64,000 nucleotides of DNA. Origin: an uncultured Candidatus Saccharibacteria bacterium (lineage in GTDB: Bacteria; Patescibacteriota; Saccharimonadia; CAILAD01; JADZBC01). A program made the position numbers and the translations under genes. Of the stretch, positions 58,036-64,000 are shown piece after piece. Within the stretch, counting starts at the first letter, position 1. Each line of letters begins with the position of its first letter. The stretch is taken from assembly GCA_964413715.1 (NCBI GenBank), contig CAYPSN010000005.1:1572-65571 (forward strand). The letters are read 5' to 3'. The notes under the pieces are model-generated. The model did no database searches. It worked only from the letters and a program-made list of their open reading frames with translations, and was not told the origin of the DNA.

Positions 58036-59768
58036 TGTGGTCTTATTTTAAGTTTCGATGGCATCGGTCGATGCGTCGGTGGCGCAAGCGGCTATGGGTG
58101 GCGCGCAAGTGGTTAGCCAACTATCTTGATCGCCATGTTTATGGCGCTTGGCAAAAGCTTGGGCCGTTGCGGTGGATGTTTGTTTCTTGGGTGGCGATAA
58201 TGGTTGTCTCGCTCTGGGGCGTGCTCTCTTACTCTGCCAACCTCAGTAAGTTTTACATTACAACTCAACCTGTGCCAGGTGGTGTTTATACCGAGGGTCT
58301 CTTGGGGGAGGTGAGGATCCTTAATCCAGTTTTGCCCGAGAACACAGCTACGAGCGATGTGAATCGGCTTGTCTTTAATGGTCTTACGCGGGTGAATGAT
58401 CGCCGGCAAATCGAACCAGACTTAGCAGAGCGCTGGGAGGTGTCGGCTGATCAGAAAACCTACACATTCTACCTGCGACGTGACGTAAAGTGGCACGACG
58501 GCAAGCAGTTTACGTCGAAGGACGTTGCTTTTACAGTGGCCGCCATTCAGAATCCCGACAGTAAATCACCACTGGCTTATAACTGGCAGGGTATTAAATT
58601 CGATCGCCCCGATGACTACACGATCAAATTTACTTTACCAAATAGCTATACTGCCTTTCTCTCGGCTACCACGGTAGGTATATTGCCGAGCCATGTGTTG
58701 GATTCTATTCAACTTTCGCAACTACGCATTCATCCATTTAGCCAGCGACCAATTGGTACCGGCCCATTTGTATTAGACGATTTTGGTGGTGACAAGGGGC
58801 TCATTACATTAAAAGCTAACCCAGACTATTTTAGAGGCAAGCCATTACTGGATGAAGTGCATTTTGCGCTGTATAAAACTCCAGAAGCTTTGCTTAACGG
58901 CTACGCACGCAAACAAATTGCCGGTATATCGAGTATTAATACCTCACAGCTAAGCGCTGCTGCAAAGATAGATAGCCTGAAGATTTACGAGTATAGCTTA
59001 CCTGCGTACGTAGGACTATTCTTTAATACAAAGACGGGCTACTTGGCGAATGTCGACGTACGTCGTGCACTAACACAGGCAGTTGATAAGGAAAGTATTA
59101 TTACAAGCTCGCTTTCTAATCGGGCTAGCTCGGTTTACTATCCAATTCTGCCAGGCCAAGCAGGCTTTAACCCGAAGGCTACGCGCTATGGCTATGACCC
59201 GGAGGCTGCCTCTAAGGTGCTTGCAAGCAATAAGCCTCAGAAGCCTCTGCGCCTGGTAACTCTTAAATCTCCCGAATATAGCAGCGTGGCGCGACAGTTA
59301 GCACAGCAGTTGAGTTTGGTTGGTGTGGCGGTTGAAGTGAAGGAAGTCGACATAGTCTCGTTGCAGCAGAATCATATTCGACCGCGTAACTATGACATTC
59401 TGTTGTACGGCCAGAATGCCGGAATAGACTCAGATGTATATTCATTCTGGCACTCTAGCCAGGCAGACGACCCTGGCTTGAATGTGTCGAACTATCGTAG
59501 CGCGGAGGCTGATAAGCTGTTGGCGGCTGCACGCTTGAGCCGTGATCCCGAAGCAAGAGCCGCCAAATTCGCTTCGTTTGTAGACGTGTGGGCGAAGGAT
59601 ACCCCAGCAGTATTGCTATATAGCCCACTTTATTTGTATGGCCAAGACCGATTAGTTGAGGGCGTAAACGCGGGTAAAATAGCGGAGCCGAGTGATCGGT
59701 TTTACAACGTTGAGGCATGGTCAATGAAGCGAACAAGAATCCTTAAGCGCGACGCAAACCAGAACTAA
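58035..59768 (+). CDS. ABC transporter substrate-binding protein of family 5 (peptide/nickel, OppA/DppA-like) with an N-terminal membrane anchor
   Basis: SBP_bac_5 architecture (about 520-aa mature domain; ADRWEVSADQKTYTFYLRRDVKWHDGKQFTSKDV). N-terminal TM helix. Confidence 0.85.
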   Translation: MWSYFKFRWHRSMRRWRKRLWVARKWLANYLDRHVYGAWQKLGPLRWMFVSWVAIMVVSLWGVLSYSANLSKFYITTQPVPGGVYTEGLLGEVRILNPVLPENTATSDVNRLVFNGLTRVNDRRQIEPDLAERWEVSADQKTYTFYLRRDVKWHDGKQFTSKDVAFTVAAIQNPDSKSPLAYNWQGIKFDRPDDYTIKFTLPNSYTAFLSATTVGILPSHVLDSIQLSQLRIHPFSQRPIGTGPFVLDDFGGDKGLITLKANPDYFRGKPLLDEVHFALYKTPEALLNGYARKQIAGISSINTSQLSAAAKIDSLKIYEYSLPAYVGLFFNTKTGYLANVDVRRALTQAVDKESIITSSLSNRASSVYYPILPGQAGFNPKATRYGYDPEAASKVLASNKPQKPLRLVTLKSPEYSSVARQLAQQLSLVGVAVEVKEVDIVSLQQNHIRPRNYDILLYGQNAGIDSDVYSFWHSSQADDPGLNVSNYRSAEADKLLAAARLSRDPEARAAKFASFVDVWAKDTPAVLLYSPLYLYGQDRLVEGVNAGKIAEPSDRFYNVEAWSMKRTRILKRDANQN

Positions 59769-59886
59769 GCAGACTGGAAGCCTGCTAGGCCATATAGTAC
59801 AATGCAGTAGTTCGCTTGAGTTGTAGATTTGTCGAGAGTCCTTTTGTCCATCAAGACGCTAAACTGATATTAAGATTTTGATATGT

Positions 59887-59972
59887 GCCGCGGTGGTGGA
59901 ATGGTAGACACGCTAGCTTCAGGTGCTAGTGGGAGCAATCCTGTGGAGGTTCGAGTCCTCTCCGCGGTACCA
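59887..59972 (+). tRNA. tRNA-Leu (anticodon CAG), type II with a long variable arm
   Basis: Manual fold: anticodon loop CUUCAGGU, long variable arm, T-loop TTCGAGT, 3' CCA encoded. Confidence 0.85.
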
Positions 59973-60016
59973 GTAATTATTTGTTAGAATATATAATCAT
60001 AAGGAAAGAAATCATC

Positions 60017-60439
60017 ATGAGGCTATGGCACAATATGCTGAATATGCCCAAGGAAGATCTCGTTTGGCATGAACAAGATATGGCCGATGAGCTAGAAGAA
60101 TACTACGAGGCTCAAGGCATAATTATGAAATGGTCGGAGCTGAGCGATGTAGTCTACACATGCTCGCGCGGTAGGTGGAGCGGGCACTCAATGCAATTTC
60201 CGTTCTCGGCTTGGCAATATGTTCTTGGTATGGTCTACATGTACCCAAAGTATACGAGTCGCTGGCTTTTTTTCAGGCGTGCTGGCAAAAAACTACATGC
60301 GGCTCGTTCTGTGGATGAGGTCCGTAACCCTAGGAAAATTGCAAAGTTACATTCAATTGCAGAACGATACAATCTAGATAAGCACCAGTTTCAACTGTTG
60401 TGTGAGAAGCAGCTTAAGTATTGGCCGTTATTGCCCTAA
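60017..60439 (+). CDS. Hypothetical protein (about 140 aa) adjacent to tRNA-Leu
   Basis: ORF with normal composition. The ORF track starts at 59981; the start is uncertain. Confidence 0.45.
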   Translation: MRLWHNMLNMPKEDLVWHEQDMADELEEYYEAQGIIMKWSELSDVVYTCSRGRWSGHSMQFPFSAWQYVLGMVYMYPKYTSRWLFFRRAGKKLHAARSVDEVRNPRKIAKLHSIAERYNLDKHQFQLLCEKQLKYWPLLP

Positions 60440-61314
60440 ACCTTGGTGTAGATGAAGTTATAGCCTTTGTCGGTGTTGCGATCCCAGGTGTAGTATGGGC
60501 TAAAGAGGTAGAAAACATTACGGTAGGCTTTAACGTCAGCGCGTTGGTTTTCAAAAGTTTTGTCGTTGGCGTGCTCAGGGTTGTTGGTAATTTTAGTGAG
60601 GGCATAGCCTTCTGGAATGCCACTCTTTGGTCTTAGACAGAACGTTGTGCCACTCGGTAAGTTGAGTGAGAATTTGCCTTCCACATCGGTTTTTACCGTG
60701 TATTCTTGGTAGCACGTTTGGAGTGTAACGCCTTCTTTGCCTTGGCCATCGAGGGTAACTTGACCAGTAACCGTAACGTTATAAGAAGATGCAGGAATTG
60801 ATGGTACGGATGGCAAAAGGTCGGGCAGGGCAAGTGCTACGGGCGCAGGTCGGGCAGCAGTTGACCAGCAGTAATACGATGCATTCCAGGGTTGGGTGCC
60901 ACGGCGTGAGAAGGCAGTTCGAAACGCCTCATCTTGAACCTCGGGCGGTGCGTCAGATGCCTTTGGATATTTGGCCGACGTTTCGGCGCTGACATTGCTG
61001 CGCCAGGTGCCAATGTCGAATTGGTATGCGCCATAGTGCGCAATGCCATTAAAAGCAGTGTAGCGCGGGGTGCTATTTGGACCGCTACCACTTTCACAGC
61101 CAGCTATGCGCGTGCGCCAGTATTCCACATTGTCTGTGTACACAATGTAGCTGCCGGCCATACTGCGATAGATTATGTACAGTCCGCACAGGGAAAACAG
61201 TGCAATAAAAGCATATATAATCGAGCGATTGTGTTTAACTTTATGATGGCGCACCAAGTGCTTTTTGTGATGCGGATGTTGGTGGGCGTGACGTGTTTTG
61301 TGACGGGTTGGCAT
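60436..61314 (-). CDS. Membrane-anchored protein with an Rpf/Sps-type transglycosylase-like domain, a His-rich cytoplasmic N-terminus, and a C-terminal Pro-rich linker plus beta-domain
   Basis: Domain signature WRTRIAGCESGSG...NGIAHYGAYQFDIGTW...YYCW matches the resuscitation-promoting-factor lysozyme-like fold, including its Cys pair. TM helix IIYAFIALFSLCGLYII. Start chosen to leave an 85-bp divergent intergenic region; the ORF track extends it to 61413. Confidence 0.7.
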   Translation of the reverse strand: MPTRHKTRHAHQHPHHKKHLVRHHKVKHNRSIIYAFIALFSLCGLYIIYRSMAGSYIVYTDNVEYWRTRIAGCESGSGPNSTPRYTAFNGIAHYGAYQFDIGTWRSNVSAETSAKYPKASDAPPEVQDEAFRTAFSRRGTQPWNASYYCWSTAARPAPVALALPDLLPSVPSIPASSYNVTVTGQVTLDGQGKEGVTLQTCYQEYTVKTDVEGKFSLNLPSGTTFCLRPKSGIPEGYALTKITNNPEHANDKTFENQRADVKAYRNVFYLFSPYYTWDRNTDKGYNFIYTKV

Positions 61315-61398
61315 AGGTGATCTCTTAACGTTAAATATATAATGGTTATGCCTTGAAGTCAAACTCGAGTACTCAAGCATAAGCAAAATTGATATACT

Positions 61399-63072
61399 AT
61401 GTATATGAAGCAAATTGTGGAAGAACTAGGCTCTCTACTTGTTGGCGACGTCACCATAGACGACGCAGCAAGGGAATATTTTGCAACTGATGGTAGTGTG
61501 TTTGAGCTAAAGCCGAAGCTCGTAATGTACCCACAGTCCGAGCGTGACGTAATACTGGCGGTACGCTATTTGGAGGCTCGAGCTAAAGATGGCGAAAAAA
61601 TTCCACTTACAGCCCGCGGCAAGGGAACTGATCAGGGTGGTGGCGCATTGAGCGAAGGGGCGTTACTTGTTTTTCCGGCACACATGAATCGTTTAATTTC
61701 GGTTGGAAAATCCAGCGTGCGAGTCGAGCCAGGCATGATTTACAAAAGCCTGCAAAACGTACTGCAAAGTCACGGCCAGTGGCTGCCACCATACCCGGCA
61801 AGCATTGATTTTGCAACCATTGGTGGTGCGGTAGCCAACAACTCGGCGGGTGAAAAAACAATTAAATATGGGTCGACTAGGAACTATGTAAAAGGTTTGC
61901 GCGTGGTATTGAGCAATGGTGATGTAATTACGACCAAGCGACTTAGCCGCAGAGAATTACGCGCCAAGAAACGACAGGATGATTTTGAAGGTCACATTTA
62001 TCGCGAGCTGGACAAGTTACTAATTGAGAATAAGCGGATTATATCTGCTGCAGCACCGCCGACAAGCAAGAACTCCGCAGGTTATGATTTGTGGGACATT
62101 AAAGGTAAGGGCGGCAGTTTTGATTTGTCGCAACTGATTGTTGGCTCACAGGGGACACTCGGAGTTGTTACTGAAGTCGACTTGCGCACAGTTGCTTATA
62201 ATCCCCAAACGATTTTGTTGACAGGCTTTTTCGAATCAATTGATGCAATGGCCGAGGCGGTTGAAAAGATAATGCCGCTAGCACCAAGCGCTATGGAAGT
62301 AGTGGACTACCACCTCCTTAAATTCCTGCGTGATCATCACAATCATATTATCGATGGCTTAATACCAGAGAAGCTGCCTGCGGTTGGACTCTTGGTGGAG
62401 TTTGATGACCACAAGAGTGCGGTGCGTTTGCGAAAAGCTCATAAAGTAGCAAAAGTTTTCAAGACATTGGCCTATGAGTCGGGCTATGCTACAGACCCAG
62501 AAGAGCAGGCTGCGTTATGGAAGATCCGACGCAGTGCCGCAGCAGTTATTTGGATGTACAATGGCCCCAAAAAAGCCCTACCGATCATCGAAGATGGTGC
62601 TGTGCCTCTTAAGAATATGCCTGAGTTCTTGAAGGAAATTTATCGGTTATTTGAAAAGTACAAGATTCAAGTAGCTATTTGGGGCCACGCCGGCAATGCG
62701 AATTTTCACTTACAGCCATTTATGAATCTAGCAAATTATCGTGATCGCAAGAAAGTCTTTGAGATAATGGATGAATTTTACAAAATCGTGATTAAGCTGG
62801 ATGGCACTACTTGTGGTGAACATAATGATGGAATTTTGCGCGGACCATACCTAAAGAACCTCTACGGTGCAGAAGTTTTCGAGTTATTTAAAGCAGTAAA
62901 AGATCTGTTTGATCCATATGGCTTCTTGAACCCAGGAGTAAAGACTGGAGCGACCAAGGAAGAGGCAATGGTGCATCTTAGGCGTGAATACAGCATGAAG
63001 CACCTGCACGATTTTTTCCCAAGCTTGAGCCACACTAAGCCCAAACCTGTTAAAAAAGAAGAGTTTTTGTAG
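61399..63072 (+). CDS. FAD-linked oxidase (GlcD / D-lactate dehydrogenase family, FAD_binding_4 plus C-terminal domain)
   Basis: FAD-binding PCMH domain (GKGTDQGGG, ATIGGAVANNSAGE, GSQGTLGVVTEV) and a C-terminal oxidase domain. 557 aa. Confidence 0.85.
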   Translation: MYMKQIVEELGSLLVGDVTIDDAAREYFATDGSVFELKPKLVMYPQSERDVILAVRYLEARAKDGEKIPLTARGKGTDQGGGALSEGALLVFPAHMNRLISVGKSSVRVEPGMIYKSLQNVLQSHGQWLPPYPASIDFATIGGAVANNSAGEKTIKYGSTRNYVKGLRVVLSNGDVITTKRLSRRELRAKKRQDDFEGHIYRELDKLLIENKRIISAAAPPTSKNSAGYDLWDIKGKGGSFDLSQLIVGSQGTLGVVTEVDLRTVAYNPQTILLTGFFESIDAMAEAVEKIMPLAPSAMEVVDYHLLKFLRDHHNHIIDGLIPEKLPAVGLLVEFDDHKSAVRLRKAHKVAKVFKTLAYESGYATDPEEQAALWKIRRSAAAVIWMYNGPKKALPIIEDGAVPLKNMPEFLKEIYRLFEKYKIQVAIWGHAGNANFHLQPFMNLANYRDRKKVFEIMDEFYKIVIKLDGTTCGEHNDGILRGPYLKNLYGAEVFELFKAVKDLFDPYGFLNPGVKTGATKEEAMVHLRREYSMKHLHDFFPSLSHTKPKPVKKEEFL

Positions 63073-63096
63073 TACAATACGTGAGTTCATTTTTGC

Positions 63097-63186
63097 GCGG
63101 ACGTGGTGGAATGGTAGACACGCTAGCTTGAGGGGCTAGTGCCTAATATATCAGGCGTGGAAGTTCGAGTCTTCTCGTCCGCACCA
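63097..63186 (+). tRNA. tRNA-Leu (anticodon GAG), type II
   Basis: Manual fold: anticodon loop CUUGAGGG, long variable arm, T-loop TTCGAGT, CCA encoded. The 5' half is nearly identical to the tRNA-Leu(CAG). Confidence 0.85.
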
Positions 63187-63220
63187 GTATAGAGCAATCC
63201 ATTGGATTGCTCTATACTGG
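63184..63220. repeat. Perfect 17-bp inverted repeat (ccagtatagagcaatcc-att-ggattgctctatactgg) overlapping the tRNA-Leu CCA end
   Basis: Read directly from the sequence; no mismatches. Confidence 0.85.
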
Positions 63221-63333
63221 TAAGAGTAGAGTAAACCCGACTGTAAGTTCGGTGAAGTAAGGCGCGCAGCGTCAATACCAAGCTTGCTTGAGTTTTGACC
63301 AAGCACTTTGCGAAGGTTGCGCCAGCAACCGAC

Positions 63334-63348
63334 TCTCGTCCGCACCAG
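63334..63348 (+). repeat. 15-nt exact direct repeat of the tRNA-Leu(GAG) 3' end (tctcgtccgcaccag), att-like
   Basis: Identical to 63173-63187, about 160 bp downstream of the tRNA. Confidence 0.8.
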
Positions 63349-63367
63349 CACTTATTTGGAGGGCAAT

Positions 63368-63946
63368 ATGATTTCGGAATATCATGCGCGTTATCAATCA
63401 AAGTCGGATGATGAGATTACTCGTCGAGCGCGCGAGAAATTCAATGAGCTCACTAGGGTGTTCTCTGCTGCGCCGCTCGACACAACATCAGACCCAGTGG
63501 AAGTTGCAGTTATGGGCTGTGGTGATAGGCGCTACGTGGCTCACCATAAGGATATGTTTGCACGGATTTTGGCGCGCAAGGTGCGTTTGACGACTTTTGA
63601 TATTGAAACTAATCACTTATCGGGCGAAGAAAATGTGATTGAGCATGATTGCTCATTGCCTTTACCGGGCGGCCCATATGATGTGACTTTTGGCCATGTT
63701 GTCTTGCCTTTTCTTACTTCAAAGAAACAACTTGATATGATTTCGGCTGGTTACAATGCACTCAAGTCAGGAGGAATTCAAATACAGGTGCTTGACCCGA
63801 TGAATTATGATGAGTCGAGCGAGACACCCGAAGGACTACACAAAGTTGCTCCAGACGTGATAAAGAAACATGCACAAGATTTGGGTGCACGAGTAATAGA
63901 AGTTGATCTAGACATCGGCATGGCGATAGTAATAGTCCACCGATAA
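63368..63946 (+). CDS. Putative class I SAM-dependent methyltransferase-like protein
   Basis: Motif I-like VAVMGCGDRR, then an acidic residue after strand 2 (TTFDIE). 192 aa. The ORF track shows a longer alternative from 63308. Confidence 0.5.
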   Translation: MISEYHARYQSKSDDEITRRAREKFNELTRVFSAAPLDTTSDPVEVAVMGCGDRRYVAHHKDMFARILARKVRLTTFDIETNHLSGEENVIEHDCSLPLPGGPYDVTFGHVVLPFLTSKKQLDMISAGYNALKSGGIQIQVLDPMNYDESSETPEGLHKVAPDVIKKHAQDLGARVIEVDLDIGMAIVIVHR

Positions 63947-64000
63947 CGCACTGTAATACGATGCTATGCATGGTTAAGGCCCCGAGGAAAATTCATAGAC

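Noticed and set aside
63123-63401. 92-aa minus-strand ORF across the tRNA-Leu(GAG) trailer
   Set aside because: It overlaps the tRNA and the palindrome or direct-repeat region and has odd composition, so it is likely non-coding.

Overview
The window is a dense, mostly plus-strand block of bacterial housekeeping genes at roughly 48-50% GC with short intergenic regions. Many neighbouring genes are translationally coupled through ATGA, TAATG or GTGA overlaps. The content resembles a small-genome, Gram-positive-like lineage such as the Candidate Phyla Radiation or Saccharibacteria: a split transketolase, compact SMC and UvrC, and a thin pathway repertoire. I cannot confirm that assignment from sequence alone.

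Recognisable genes:
- Cell division and cell wall: ftsA-like 3' fragment, ruvX, mltG, a LysM-CHAP peptidoglycan hydrolase, murF, and an Rpf/Sps-like transglycosylase.
- DNA repair and replication: pcrA/uvrD, uvrB, uvrA, uvrC, xth, and a small MGMT-like protein.
- Translation and RNA processing: obg, leuS, proS, queA, tgt, rnc, nusB, trmD, khpA, and an RsmC-like methyltransferase.
- Ribosomal proteins: rpsP, plus rpmF and rpmG, which fall below the ORF-track length threshold.
- Pentose phosphate, glycolysis and redox operon: gap, rpiB, rpe, a two-subunit transketolase, two PfkB kinases, trxB, an NrdH-like glutaredoxin, and two DsbA/VKOR-type oxidative-folding pairs.
- Others: mscL, smc, secG, an ABC-2 exporter, an MFS transporter, an OppA-like binding protein, and an orphan PAS histidine kinase.
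- Four tRNAs: Ala-GGC, Gln-CTG, Leu-CAG and Leu-GAG.

Four short islands of clearly elevated GC, about 57-68% with very high third-position GC, stand out against the 48% background:
- 17405-17848: a single ORFan between rnc and smc.
- 29560-30400: a lipase-like alpha/beta hydrolase.
- 38300-39060: a cytidylate-kinase-like protein with a degenerate P-loop.
- 54290-55870: two unknown genes between uvrA and uvrC.
These look like independent recent acquisitions from high-GC, actinobacterial-like donors.

Other notable features:
- An actinobacterial-style Rpf-like transglycosylase.
- A 15-nt direct repeat of a tRNA-Leu 3' end together with a perfect 17-bp palindrome, suggesting an att scar.
- Two uncharacterised proteins embedded in the uvrB-uvrA-uvrC locus, one of which is part of the high-GC island above.

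I found no CRISPR array, rRNA or intact mobile element.
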